Source of the DNA: Utricularia gibba
Lineage: Eukaryota; Plantae; Magnoliophyta
Reading direction: 5' to 3'
DNA length: 64,000 nucleotides
Assembly: GCA_002189035.1 (NCBI GenBank)
Contig: CM007990.1
Span: 3,782,001 to 3,846,000, forward strand
Position numbers and translations under genes: made by a program. Numbering within the stretch: position 1 is the stretch's first letter; each line of letters begins with the position of its first letter. Of the stretch, positions 25,837 to 40,101 are shown piece after piece. The notes beneath the pieces are model-generated. The model saw nothing but the letters and a program-made list of their open reading frames with translations. It was not told the origin of the DNA and made no database searches.

Positions 25837-27301
25837 ATTCAATGCCCAATATAAAATTCTCCTTGGCTTTGGATTCCTATATATCTTTTTGCCTAGTTTC
25901 AAAACTACATGATTACCTTATCAATAAGCTCCATTGGTGGACGCCTTTGCAACACTGTAGCTTCTATGCTCTACCAGACGAATGAGTGGGAGCTATCTGA
26001 CACCTATGAGTTTATGGGCCCCTGGATTTCTTATAATTAGCAAAATGCCCCCTTAAAGTCTTATATTTGCATACCTACCTCCATTTGCTTCGTAAATTCT
26101 GGCCACGATATTTTGATTCTGAAATTTCCCTAATCGCTTGATAATCTAATCATTAACAAAATGCCCACATTATGTAGAAGATCCACCTAATTTCTATAAA
26201 GAAAACATAAAATTAAGATAATTATGTATTCAAAGTATACATCATTGCTATGGATTATATTATAAAAAATATTTAGAAGCTAAAAATTTATGTTTGCTGT
26301 AAACATAGAATCTTGTTGCTTGGATGAATTTGTTTCATCTCATTAAAAATGGATTGTAGTCATTTTTTAATTTAATCATATATTATGAGAGAAATAATTT
26401 TTATTAAAGTATTTATTAAAATACAAATTATTGTTTAAATGGGTCTTGAACTCATTTGTTGAATGGTTTGGACGTCAGATCTAATTTCATGTTAAACCCA
26501 TGATTTTAAAACACTAAATCCATCTAACATACTTGTGCCTTTAGACTTCGGATTAATTGGACAAATTAGGATTATTGTGGTCTACTTTTGCCACTTTCGA
26601 AGTAAAAGAGAAACAAGTAATATTAAAGCAACTCCTATTGTAATCAGTATTAGGGTTGTTATAATGAATAAATAACTTGTGTTCAAATTGTGTCTGATTT
26701 GATTAAGCTCATTTATTTTCATTTGAATAACGTAATCAAATGAAGATAAAAAAAATATATATTTAATTAATTAAATAAATAAACACAAACGAAATCAATA
26801 TTCAATTGATACTTGTTATTATTAGGGAGGGTTGTAGTTCATTCATGCCACTTGGTACTTATAAAAACGACCTTCTTCAAACATGTTTACTGCGCTTTAC
26901 TGAGTAAAAAGAAAACATTTGATTTATGAAAGAAATGTTTCCTATGATACGATTGTGATGAAGATGCTATTGGATACACAACTAACATCCAATTTGTGAG
27001 AAGCATATAATGATATAAAAAGATATGTTATCAGAACGAAGACTCATACGTAAAATGATACTCATCTAATAAGGTGCTGGATGAGGATACACAACTAGCA
27101 CCTAACGAAGGAGTGCCTAAGAATGTATATCTTGTAGCAATGCTCACAAAGTAACGATAAAGAAAATTGAGAACCAAAGGACCATGATTATCAAGTTTCC
27201 AAAGATTAGTTTGTTATGTATAATCTTATTATCATATTTTATGTTATTTTTTATATTTAAATGTGATTAGAATTATTTAATTAAAAGTTCAAAATGGGAG
27301 T

Positions 27302-28659
27302 TGATAACAAACATTTTATTAGTGTTTTTAGGTCATGAAATTTAGATGTTTAATGATAAAATTATGTATTTTAATTATGATTTTTTATATTTTGTTAATT
27401 ATAGTATTATTTGTATTTTTATACATGATTTAGTCTATATTATGATTTCTAATATTTTTCTAAGTGTTAGTAATAGCATTACGGATTACATTTAGCTAAT
27501 TTATGAGTACAATTCGAAGGGGCACAAGACATAAGAAGGAGACATGATTAATATTCAGCTGTTTACAATCTACAGGTTCAAGTCAAGAATAATACAGATA
27601 TTAGAAACAGTGGACTGATTTTGAAAAATGGAAAAAAAAAATGTGAAGATATTTTTGAAGAAGGGAGAAGGAAGAGAACATGACCATGCTCCAAGAGGGA
27701 GAGGAAGAACATGAAAGAAGGAAGATAAAAGCGATTACTCTAGAAGGAAGACCAAAGACTTGAAGAACAATATCAAACACTCAATCCAGTGCTACTGTTC
27801 CGAATAGTGAACAGTAGCAGATTGCGAACAAAACACTCTCCTTTATCTTTAGTTTGCTGGATATTTTGTTACTTTGACTGTTGTTTTACAATATCTTTGT
27901 TATTATCTTCAATTTATCTTAATAATATCATGATTTATCTTTCATATATGAGTAGGTAAAACTTTAGGGATGACTTAAGGTAAAATATGGTAGTGTGAAT
28001 CTAGGGTTGATAATGAAATTTGTTATTGTTTCTTAGTTCTTATTCTTATCATTTCATGGGTAGATTTAAGGAGGGAAACAAGTTATTTCGCAACTAAGAT
28101 ACTTGATTTAAAGGTAGATCAACAAATCAAGGTGGGAGCAGTAGGTATTAGTCTAAGGTAGAGTCAATAGAACCGGGTAGACCTAGTTCTATATACTTTG
28201 TATACAGGTAGACCTAATTGCAATTTTTGTAATGATATTAGGGATTAGCTTAGCCGAAAATATTATGAATGACCTGGATAGACTTAGATTGTTTGAAGTT
28301 GTGAGCATAGAAACATGGTAAATTAAATTAAGCATCTTAGAACCATATCACTTGTAGACCCTTAAGGCATATTTGCATTAGTCTATGTTAAAACTAGTAA
28401 TTGTTACTTTCCGCGTTGAGGCTTGATCATGTTTACTGAACTTACTTGCTACTACTAGTCTGAACTTAGACCAAGATCCACTGTTATTTAGAATTATGCA
28501 TCTACTAAAACATTTAGCAAGCACAAGTTCCTTCTGATCGACCCCGAAATCCACTATACAAGTTTTCTAAATTTGTATTTTGTGTAGATTAGGGCTTATA
28601 AATTTATTTGAAGTGAAATTTTTATTTTTGCAACAACATTAGAAAATTTTCGTTTATCA
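27302..28659 (+). mobile_element. Solo LTR (~1358 bp), Athila-like Ty3/gypsy family
   Basis: Ends are TGATAAC...CGTTTATCA. Its 3' end is the reverse complement of the LTR at 46966. It interrupts a flank that is contiguous at ~16720. The TSD is degenerate. Confidence 0.8.
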
Positions 28660-29026
28660 TAAGTTACAGGTTTTTATAATTTTCGTATAATTATCTATTT
28701 ATATTTTAACTAATACTTTTTTAAGTCGAATTAAATTTAAATATATGATTGAAGAAATACACATGATAGATGATTGAAAAACACAGTAATAGTAGATGAT
28801 AACAATGTTATTCCAAGTTCTTTTTTTAGTGTTCATTTAAATACAACATGCTAACTTCAATAAGAATTTAATTTATGAGTGATTGAAATGTTATTGTCCC
28901 AAGCAACACACTAAAAGATTGAAGTAACCAACCGCATTGATGCTTTTATTGAGCAATGTGTCAACACACAGACAAGTGTAAGACGTAGATACAAAAGATG
29001 AGAATTACCATGAGAACACACAAGTA

Positions 29027-31387
29027 TCACCAAGGGGTGTGCGAAATCCATCTCTTGAACATGAAAAAGCATTCCTTGGGCTTGTAACTGGGAGCTACGT
29101 GCCCCGCCGCCTGCAACATGTCAATGCCGAAAGATGTTATTACTGCAAGACTACTACAACACACATGACAGACAGCTTGGGAGTACTTGCCAAAACGGTG
29201 GCGTAAGTCATCTTGTTCTCGAAACTTCTCGTGTATCTGCATCATGCATGTTTAATAAAACAAACACACGCTTGTCTCCGAAAAAACCTGCAGAAGATTT
29301 ATGATTACCCGCTGACATGCTGATCCACGAACCATGGCCTCCATTCATCCACCACAGGAGAGTTGAGGGACCTTATCCATGCCAGAGTCGACAATGTGGA
29401 TACAGTAAGGTCAAAGCTGCCACTGAAAGCACAAGCGATACAGCAAAAGAGTTGATGGAGCCTCGTTAAGTGATTATGGTCTCTTGCCAACAAAGTGAAG
29501 TGCAAAACTTGGAGTGTTGCCTGTAAATGAGAGAGCGGTAGCCTCTGGAGGTCAGATTCTTATGAAAAGGGATCATGCTCGGATAATCGCAACTGTAGTT
29601 TATGTTATCATTGCATCTTATCCATGTTTTCTCCTGCATCATCAGCAACAAACAATATCTTTCCCTGTTGTTGTGTATTTGAAGCAGAGCAAAAGGTGCT
29701 GTATAGTTTTACCTTGGTGACGTGGAGGGATTCTTGGACACTGGGATCATTAGCCCATGAAATGCAAAATATGCAACTGTCAGGCTGAGAAATCAACACA
29801 GATTAATGAACACCGAGGAATGGAAACACGAGAAAGGCTGTGGATGTTACATGGCAATGAATCTCCGGGAGCTCTTCGTTTCCGTACACCTGAATCATAT
29901 CCCGGCTTCTTACAGACTTTGGCGGACATGCTGGTTCAATGGCATTGTATTTATTCAAGGGATCCACCAGCTGTTCTTCACAGGCAAACTTTGCATCAAA
30001 TTCACGATTCGGCAGTGGGAAAGGAGGAACCGGGAATTTGATATCTTGCCTCGTGGAAAGTATCAACATCTTTAGAACACGTCTTGTTGTTCGCATCTGT
30101 CGAGTAATTCCCCTTGCAGTTTCGCTCCAAGGACTGAAACAAAAGGATAGTTGACATTTCTGTTACCTTTTAAATAAAGCAAAATTTCACATCAACCTCG
30201 AAGAGATCAGGAGGGATGAGTCCCATTCCGTAAGCAGCCGGTACCCTATAGTTTCCATGATCATGAGATGTGACTGCATTTCCCAAGATGTACCCCTGGT
30301 TCCAAAACAGTGACTTCTTGATAAAAAATATGGAGTTAACTAGAGATAAAAATCAGAATAACGGACTTTAAGGTTAATCTGGGGCTTGATTCCGAGATCA
30401 TTTCCTGCATCACAAGAACAAGGCAAGAGTCAGTTGAAAAGCCCAGACGAAGTAGGGTATTTTTTTCATTTGTGTGCACCATCAGCTATCAGCCTGGTGA
30501 TGACCGGTACTGTGGTGCCGCTAAAGGAGTCTCCGCCGATGTAAAACGGGCTCGATCCGAACTCCGAATGATCCTCCAGCCACTGCAGATGGACCAACAC
30601 CCGTAATTCAATAACTGAGATACAAAGGAGACATGGATATGTTGGATCAAAGCAAGCAAACAAACCTTCTGAAGGAACACGTAAGCTTGTTCGCATGAAT
30701 GAAAGTGTGTTGTGTAGGTAGCCTCATCTGTCTTCCTATAGGAAAATCCAGTTCCCACAGGGGAATCCACGAACAATATGTTTGCTTCCTGGAAAAACAT
30801 ACAAAAATCCTAATCTTGATATTATGAAAAAAAGGAAGCAGTTCCATTACAGAAACAACTACGAACCTGGGTCCATGAATAAGGATTCACGATCAGGTTG
30901 GGCAAGCCCCCTTCGGTTGCAGCCGACAGATTAAAAGTCAAGGGCCCTGCCATGAATCTCTTCCTCTCTCTCGGTACGGTAAATGGTGCATAAAAACAAT
31001 GGTAAAGGCTAAAGAGAAAAAATCAAACCAAGTTCATAGAGAAGAGCAGCAAGAACAGAGCACCCTGGCCCTCCAGTTAACCAAAGCAGTAGAGGGTCTT
31101 TCTCAGGCTCCGGCTCCGATGACTTGACAAAGTAGTAAAACAGCTGCACATTTTCTTCTTCATCAACACCTATGTACCTACCCAGAACAGTCGACAAGAA
31201 TTATCACAAGGAAACCAACAGAACAGATCCTTGATGAGAGAATCTACCATGTTTCCAGATAAAATGGAAGAGGGCCATCAAAGCCAGGGAGATGGGTGAC
31301 CTGAGATCCCCCGTCACCATAAGCACTCCCATCTAGCAAGAGGAGGAGGAGGAGCAGAGCAACCGACAGCAATGCAGTAAAGCTCAT
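29027..31387 (-). CDS. SCPL clade IA acyltransferase-type protein, copy 5; intact 14-exon gene
   Basis: Same exon phases as copy 4 with no stops: [12 protein letters not shown]..., [45 protein letters not shown]...WISHTPW*. Exon 11 has an in-frame 6-nt deletion. Confidence 0.92.
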
Positions 31388-34300
31388 CTTCAATACTCGA
31401 TATACAACTCTCCTTGGCTTTCCATTCATATATATCTTTTTGCCTAGTGGACGCCCCTTCCAATAGGCTAGCTTCTATCCTCTATTCATACGAATGAGCA
31501 GCACCCATCTGACAGCTATGAGCTTATTATTTTTTTATAAACTAGTGACATTGATGATCATTATGGCCCCTGGATTTCTTATAATGAGCAAAATGCCCCC
31601 TTAAAAATCGAATCTTGTTGCGTCATGGATTTGTTTCATTTTATTAAAAATGGATTGAATTCATTTTTTAATTTAATCATATATTATGACTTCAATAATT
31701 TTTAATCATAATTTTTTTATCTAATTTATACTTCATTTTTTATTATTTTTTATTGATATATCTTTCGCATTAATATGATTTTTTTTTGGAGAAAATATGT
31801 ATTTTATAGATTTTTAAATTTTTTTTAATGTCATTTAGACAAAAATGAAGCCTAATAACTTTCAGGCTCTAAAGTACAAAATTAAATGTGAAGGTCAAGA
31901 GGTTTGGAGACATGAAAATTAGTCCATATCCAATTCAAGTGTGTTTGGATTAGATATGAAAAGATTTTCATATATTATTGAAGTTAACGATATGAAAAAT
32001 ATGAATATTTTATCCAAATCCACTAGATGATCCGAACACAAAAAGAAGATTCGTTTTTTATTGTATTAAAAGCCTTGTCTCTTAATTATTTGAGATGTTT
32101 TAAATCACTCATTTTCTTGGGTTTTTCTTTAATTTTCAAGTTTGATTATTTCACTCTTAATATCTATGCTTGAGCACACTTTAGTTAAGGATAAGTTATA
32201 CCTGTGTAAGTTTCCATGTGTCTCTTAATTGTTATGTATTGTTGAGCTCAATAAATTCTAAATAAAAAAACATTAATACAATGAAAGTATAACACAAGTC
32301 TTAGTCATAGGAAATTTATATTTTAAGAAAATGTGAAATTTGAAATCGAATACAAACTATCATAATTTTTTAAATAATAATTGAAAAATGTAAATTATGG
32401 ATTTTGATTAAATGAACTATTTTTGGAATTAAAAAACTTTTCATCTACATTTTTTATAACCCTCATATCTCTTATACTTCGTAAACTACATATGTTTTAT
32501 GACACTTTTATAGAAAATAAAAGGAACTGGCTCATGTGATTTTTTGACATAACTAAAAAAGCAATGAAAACTGTCATACTTTGCCAACAAGACTAAATTC
32601 TAAACATTTGCTAGAATGCTATCAATAACCAAATGACTCAGATCACTATTTGTATATAGATATATAAATTAATGATAGATAGATCGTTATCTTTCTCAAA
32701 TATAAAGTACAAAGATATTGTCTTTCATTTTGATATTTACCAAAAACCACATGTAGTCGCTATGAGTTACTACTCATGAGTTATACTTAAAAGAAATTAT
32801 AGAAAGACAACAACATATAATCATAAAGATATGCAAAACCCAAAAGAAATCCAATAAAAAATGAGCACTCTCCATGAAATATGGAAACATAATTTCTCTC
32901 AACACAAAAAAAAAGTGTTTAACGACCAACAGCTATTATAAAACATGAATTAACTCAAGTTAATGTCTACTTCCTTGAAGGAAATCGAGATAAAGAAAAA
33001 AATGAATAGTAGTGTCTACAATTGAAAACTGAAATTGAATAAAAAATTCATAATCAAATTTTAAAAATAATTTTAAAGTACCTGAATTTTTTATTTAATT
33101 TTAAAAATAAGTTAATTTTTTAAAAGTAATTTGTAAAATACTTCCGACCTTATATTTAATATGAAAAATATCTTAACTTTTAATTTGTTTTGCAAAATAA
33201 CGTAATAAGGATGGTAAGTATTATCATGTATATGATTGGTACCAAGTGTAAGGCTGAATAACAAGTTTAAGATAAAGAAAGATGTTTGGTCTAGTGTTAC
33301 AAACATCACTATTTTATTGGTAACAATAAGCATTAATGAGATTGAAGTTGATTGGAAAAAGACATAGAAAAGAATATTTTAGGAGTTCAATTTAAAAAAT
33401 GACTAAACTATTTTTATAATCTTATTTTGTTATATTGTGTTAGATAATTTATTAATGAAAATTAAAACATATATAAATTAAAAAGAACATGAATAATTAA
33501 TGTAAATTGTTAATAAAAAATGTTAACAAAAATAAATCACAAATACATTATATAAGAAAAGTAAAATAGTAATAAAACTCTCTTTTCTCTATAATTACAA
33601 TTATATCAATCATTTGCCATGAATCCATGCAAACTCTGCTCTGGCATAGCATCAATAATGATTAATCATACTATCAACTACAATTCAATTGATTACATCA
33701 TGATTTATCGCTCAAGTCTCGTAATTTCATAATTGGTCAGGAATCATGAAAGATCATTTTTCTAGTTGGTGCACTATCTTGCCTACTTGATATCATCCTA
33801 CCATTCCCTTACATCCTCCATCACAAACATCTCTGTTCACTTCCTAGACTTCAACTTAAGATAAGAAAAAAACAAAGGTAAAAATACAATAGCAAAGAAA
33901 ATGACACTTCTATGTTTTGTATCAAGTAAGAATAGATGCACATAAGGATTGACTAAGGGGAACTCTTGGTGCTGACATAGCGTGTCTTCTATACCTTGGA
34001 CGGTTTCAACCTTTAATCTCAATGTCAATCTAGCACCATTGCTCCTCTAGAACTCTAAGTTGGGCTGCTCTTCAGGCTTATTTGATTATTTAGATGAATA
34101 ATTTTAGTATTGAACTATAAGACTTGTAAATCATAAAGAAATTCAATAGTGGGTTGTTATATTTACTTAAGTTCTGTGGATATTTTAATTACACATTTAA
34201 AAAAATCTCATTTGAATTTATTTACTGCCCACATCCTTATGTAAACTTGATCAAAGAAATTAACTCTTATCTAAAGGCTGAATCCATCTTTACAAAACCA

Positions 34301-34920
34301 AAATCCAGCACACCACTCGGCATTTGACAAATAACATGACATGTAGAAAAAGGTTTCGGCTGCAACAACTAATGGAAAGCATCAAAATAAGTTTTGCAAT
34401 GCGTAAATGTCAACAATCTCAACCATTACAAGTCAAATGATCAAGCTAATTACACATATGTTGCTGTGAGCTGGTTGCAAGTGATTGTTTCCATCCTTCA
34501 CTTGTATGATTGCTCTTACACCCATTATATTTGGTGGGGGAAAGAAGCACCTTGTCAATTGTTTTTTTGCATAGGTTATTCCTACACCCGGAGGTTTCCC
34601 AACTCTCTGATAAATAAACATGCAAAACATATATACAAAATGCATCTTAATCTAAAGCTACGCAGGGCCATTGTGCATCTACATCCGTTTATTCCCTAAA
34701 TCTTCCCGAGTGCTTCTAAAAACATTATTCCAAGTTTTTTTTTTCAACGGTAGAGTATTGTTTCGATTGTGCTTAGTTCAATATAATATGTTGACTTCAA
34801 TAAGAATTGAATATAAGAGTGATTGAAGTGCTATTAGTCCCCAGCAACACCCTCTAGAACTAGACTGTACAAGACTGAAGCAACCAACCGCATTGAGAAT
34901 ACCATGAGAACACACAAATA

Positions 34921-37269
34921 TCACAAGGGACTGTGCGAAATCCATCTCTTGAACATGACAAAGCATTCCTTGGGCTTGTACCTGGGAGCTACGTGCCCCG
35001 CCGCCTGCAACATATCAATGCCCGATGATGTTATTACAGCAAAGTTAATACAACACACATGACATGCAGCTTGAGCGTGCTTGCCAAAACAGTGGCGTAA
35101 GTCATCTTGTTCTCGAAACTTCTCGTGTATCTGCATCATATATGTTTAATAAAACAACCACACGCTTGTCTCCAAAAAAAAAGAAATCCGAAAAATTTAT
35201 GATTACCCGCTGACATGTTCATCCACGAACCATGGCCTCCATCTGTCTACAACAGGAGAGTTGAGGGACCTTATCCATGCCAGGGTCGACAATGTGGGCA
35301 CGTCAAGGTCAAAGTTACCACTGAAAGCACAAGCAATGCAGCAAAAGTGTTAATGGAGCCTCGTTAAGTGATTACTGGTTTCTTGTCAATAAAGTGAAGC
35401 GCAAAACTTTGATTGTTGCCTGTAAATGAGAGAGCGGTAGCCTCTGGAAGTCAGATTCTTGTGAAAGGGGATCATGCTCGGATATTCGGAAGTGTAGTTT
35501 ATGTTATGGTTGCATCTAATCCATTTTTCTCTACTCCCCTGCATCATCAACGCACAATATTTTTTCCTGTTATTGCCTTCCATGTAGGTGTTGTATTGTT
35601 TTACCTTAGTGACGTGAAGGGATTCCTGGACGTTGGGATCATTAGCCCAAGGATCGCAAAATATGCAATTGTCAGGCTGAAAAATCAACACAGATGAATG
35701 AACACTGAGCAATGGAAACACTAGAAAGACTGTGGACGTTACATGGCAATGAATCTCCGAGTGCTCTTCGTTTCCGTACACCCGAATCATATCCCGCCTT
35801 CTTACAGACTTTGGCGGACATGCTGGCTCAAAGGCATTGTATATATTCAAGGGATCCACCAGCTGTTTTTCACATGCAAGGTATGCATCAAACTAAAGAT
35901 TCAACAGAGTGGAAGGAGGAACTGGGAATTCGATATCTTGCCTCGTGGAAAGTATCAACATCTTCAGAACACGGCTTGTTGTTCACATCTGTCGAGTAAT
36001 TCCCGTTGCATTTTCGCTCCAAGGACTGAAACAAAAGGATAGTTGACGTTGCTGTTACGTTTTAAAAGAAGCAAAATTTCACTTTAACCTCGTAGAGATC
36101 AGGAGGGATGAGTCCCATTCCGTAAGCAGCCGGAACCCTGTAGTTTTCATGATCATGAGATGTGACTGGATTTCCCAAGATGTACCCCTGTTTCCAAAAC
36201 GTTGAATTCTTGAGAAAAAATATGGAGGCAACTAAAGATAAAAATCAGAATGACAGACTTTAAGGTTAATCTGGGGGTTGATTCCGAGTTCATTCCCTGC
36301 ATCACAAGAACAAGGCAGGAGTGAATTGAAAACTCCAGATGAAATACGACTATTTTTCATTTGTGTGCACCATCAGCTATCAGCCTGGTGATGACAGGTA
36401 TTGTGGTGCCGCTAAAGGAGTCTCCGGCGACGTAAAACGGGCTCGACCCGAACTCCGAATGATCATCGAGCCACTGCAGATGGACCAGAAGTCGCAACTC
36501 TAAAACGGATACAGAAAAGAGCACATGGATATGTTGGATCAAAGGGAACAGACAAACCTTCTGAAGGAACACGTAAGCTTGTTCACATGAATGGAAGTGT
36601 GTTGTGTAGGTAGCCTCCTCTGTCTTCCCGTAGGAAAATCCAGTTCCAACAGGGGAATCCACGAATAATATGTTTGCTTCCTGCAAAAAAATACAAAAGT
36701 CTGAACCTCGATATTCTGAGAAAAGAAGAGCATCATCAGCAGAAACGATTACGAACCTGGGTCCATGAATAAGGATTGACGATCAGGTTGGGCAAGCCCC
36801 CTTCGTCTATATCCGACTGATTAAAAGTCAAGGGCCCTGCAATGAATCTATTCCTGTCTCTTAGTACGGTAAATAGAACATAAAAACAATGATAGAGAGA
36901 AGAAACCAAACCATTTTCATAGAAAAGAGCAGAAAGAACAGAGCACCCTGGCCCTCCAGTTAACCAAAGAAGTAGAGGGTCTTTCTCAGGCTCCGGCCCC
37001 GATGACTTGACAAAGTAGTAAAATAACTGCACATTTTCTTCTTCATCAACACCTATGTACCTACCCAGAACAGTCCAGAGGAATTCTCATAAGGCAACGA
37101 ACAGGACCAATCATTCACGAGAGACCAGAGAGTAGTCAATCTACCCTGTTTCCAGATAAAATGGAAGAAGGCCATCAAAGCCAAGGAGATGTGTCACATG
37201 AGAGCCCCCATCACCCATAACACTCCCAAGGAGGAGCAGAACAACCGACAGCAGTGCAGCGAGGCTCAT
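34921..37269 (-). CDS. SCPL clade IA acyltransferase-type protein, copy 6; intact 14-exon gene
   Basis: [22 protein letters not shown]..., [36 protein letters not shown]...WISHSPL*. All exons are in frame. Confidence 0.92.
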
Positions 37270-37722
37270 TTTCAATACCGAATTCTCCTGAGCTTTCAAA
37301 ATTACGTGATAACCTCATAGTATGTAAAGAAGCTCAATTAGTGGATGCCCTATACAACACGTAAGCTGCTATCCTCTACCCATATTAATGAGTAACAGCC
37401 ATCTGATAGCTATGAGTATTATTATTTTTTTGTAAACGAATGAGATTGCTCATCACGGCACTCCCGGATTTCTTTTAATGTGCAAAATGCCCCCTTAAAA
37501 GTTTTATATTTGCATAATTACGTCCATTGGCTTCTTGCTTCCTAAGTTCCGGCAAGGGATATTTGAATATAAGATCCACCCCTTCTTTAAAAAGAAAAAA
37601 CATAAAGTATGAGAATTGTGTGTGCAAAACATGCCTCATCCTAGTAGTGGGTTATATTGTAAAAAATATTTAGAAAGTCAAAATTTATTTTTTCTCTAAA
37701 AATCGAACTTGGTGTTATAAGG

Positions 37723-39172
37723 TGAGAGTGTTTGGTCAACACTCTTTAAATTAAGGGATCTTGAAATTTTATAATTAGATGAATTCTAAAATGGTATTCA
37801 ATTCTCTATTTCATGTATGTAAAAATAAAAAAATAAAAAGAGAGAAAGTCAAGAAAAATACAATGAGTTGGCTGTCACGATCTTTATCTTACTTTAAATA
37901 TGTTAATTTATGATTTTAACCTTTGAAAACACTCTCTAAGGAGAATTTATTCATACATACTTGAGTGTTACATGTTTTGCACACAAGCATATTTATGGTT
38001 CATGCATCTTCATTTCTATTCATCTTATATGATTTCAAATTCAGAATTCTGATAATCTTAGTTTGGACTTGAGGACAAATCTACTGTCGATGTAGTATAA
38101 TGTAATAACATATAATTTTGAATGTTCTAGGACAGAAAAATAATTAGTATTCTACTATAAATCTCATACGTTATTTTTGTTCTAATCATTTGCTTGAGCA
38201 TGCACCATATGTCAATATTGTAAATCCCAATGAGCCTAAAAGTGTACAGTGGAGTCAGCATAAAAAGGGGACAAAAGAGAAGAAATATAAATACTAAATC
38301 CCAATAAGATCAAAAAGAGGATTTTTGACATAATGAAGAGTGAGGAAATATCTCTCACACTTTGAACAACACAAAAAACAATTATGGGGAGGGGAGGAAG
38401 TAGGAAAGAGTAGTAGAAAATCAGTATCCAAGTTTAACTCTGAACATTCTTTGTTCATTAGGAATACTATCTCTAGTCGGGAATAGTTAACTTTCAATAC
38501 AAACCATTTATGATTTCAGTTTCTATTTATATTTCTTTGCTTGTTGTTGCATTGTGACATGAACATGTTTTGGCTGCTATGTTATGAGCGTATTTCATTT
38601 TACTTAAGCATGAGTGACTAAATACACGTAATGCCTTGGGGTAGAAGGGGATGTACATGATTATTACTTTTTAGATTACATTAACTCGAGAATCAGATCA
38701 TTTTCTTATCAAAACATGATAGATCTAGGAGAATAAAGTGGTTATGTTCATAAAAAACAACCTAATTAGTGGTAGATCAAAAGTTAGAAAAATCAAGGGT
38801 TTGGATAGATTTAAATTCTTGTATTGTTAGATGAATGATTATCAAATTGGATGTTTAAGTGTAGTAATTATCATGTTACTTTTAGAAGTCTTAAGGCATT
38901 GCACTATTTTATTCTAGTTAGTAGTCGAATCTGCCTGTTATTTATTACTACATTTTATCGTAAACCTAGCTTATTCTGAGCTTAGACTTAATCTCTTATT
39001 TGCGACACAAACTAAATGTATTGACTTCACACAGCAAGCATCTAGCTCCTTAAGTTCGACCTTAGTGTATTATGTTCATATGTTTTGTATGATTAAATGT
39101 GAATTAAGATTATAAATTTATTTGATACGAAAAATTACATTTTAACGATGTTGCTAAATTTTTCATTTATCA
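37723..39172 (+). mobile_element. Athila-like 3' remnant (internal end plus LTR ~38101-39172)
   Basis: GGACTTGAGGACAAATC...GTAGTATAA|TG junction resembles the internal/LTR junction at 48395-48430. It ends in CATTTATCA and has an LTR-family AGGTAGA-type motif. The left boundary is approximate. Confidence 0.6.
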
Positions 39173-39539
39173 ATCAATCACAATTCTGCTGCAAATGTCA
39201 TGGACCATCATTAGAATTCTTTTTCTCCTCTAGAAATCATGCAAAAATGCACTTTCAAGAAAATCTTCTCTCTTTTGATGTTAAGTAGTCATGCCACACC
39301 TTTAGATATTCTCCCATATATGTACCTCCACCTATGCACTATACTCAATTAGACTAGAGAAAACAAGGGTAAAATGTGCAATAATAAGGAAAACTACACT
39401 TAAAAAAATCTATAAACTTGTCAACAAACTCCAGAGGGGGCCAGGCCCAGGGGGCAACCAGGAGAGCATTAAGTGTGCTCCGTTTCTTGTCGAGGCTGAT
39501 TGGATGCCTGGGTGATTTGGAGCTACGTTGTTTGTCGAC

Positions 39540-39710
39540 ATGAGGCGCGCGCGCGCGGGTTCCGGTGACGTTGCTTCCTGCAGCGCCGGCGGGGCACTTG
39601 TGGTGGTAGGAATGAACATGGATAAACCCGGCAGGGAGTTGTTGACTTGGGCCTTGGTAAATGTGGTTCAGGCTGGGGATCGTGTCATCGCTCTTCACGT
39701 CGTCGACCCT
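39540..39710 (+). pseudogene. Isolated N-terminal fragment of a UspA-like-domain plant protein kinase gene
   Basis: A GC-rich island translates as MRRARAG...ALVVVGMNMDKPGRELLTWALVNVVQAGDRVIALHVVDP. This matches the VVVG..D..SRELLTWAL..V...GD.VIALHV N-terminal motif of USP-domain cytoplasmic kinases. No kinase exons follow. Confidence 0.7.
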
Positions 39711-40101
39711 GTAAGGGTTGTGGTAGGATGATCTCAAGTGGGCGAAAGAGTGCATGAAATAAAAAAAATGATCTTTCATAATTTCCAATGAAGGACGAGA
39801 CTTGATCAACGAATCATGATAAAATCAACTGAATTGTAGTTATAGTATGACTAATCATTATTAATACTATGTCTGAGGGTCACATCATTGTCAAACTCCC
39901 AAATACTTCAATAAAGATTTCATTTAAGAACGATTGAAGTGTTATTGGTCCCAAATAATAGACTCTAGGACTACATACTAAAAGACAGAAGCAGCCAACA
40001 GTATTGAGAAACATCATACTTTTAATGAGCAATGTTGACACACATAAAGAAATGTGAGAAATAGATCCACCATGTGAGAAATACCAGATAATACACAAAT
40101 A

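Noticed and set aside
35386-35859. 157-aa ORF, and similar exon-spanning ORFs, as separate small proteins
   Set aside because: They are SCPL exons joined by stop-free short introns.
39545-39557. (GC)6 alternating tract as a Z-DNA element
   Set aside because: It is short and encodes Arg-Ala repeats within the captured exon fragment; nothing supports a separate function.
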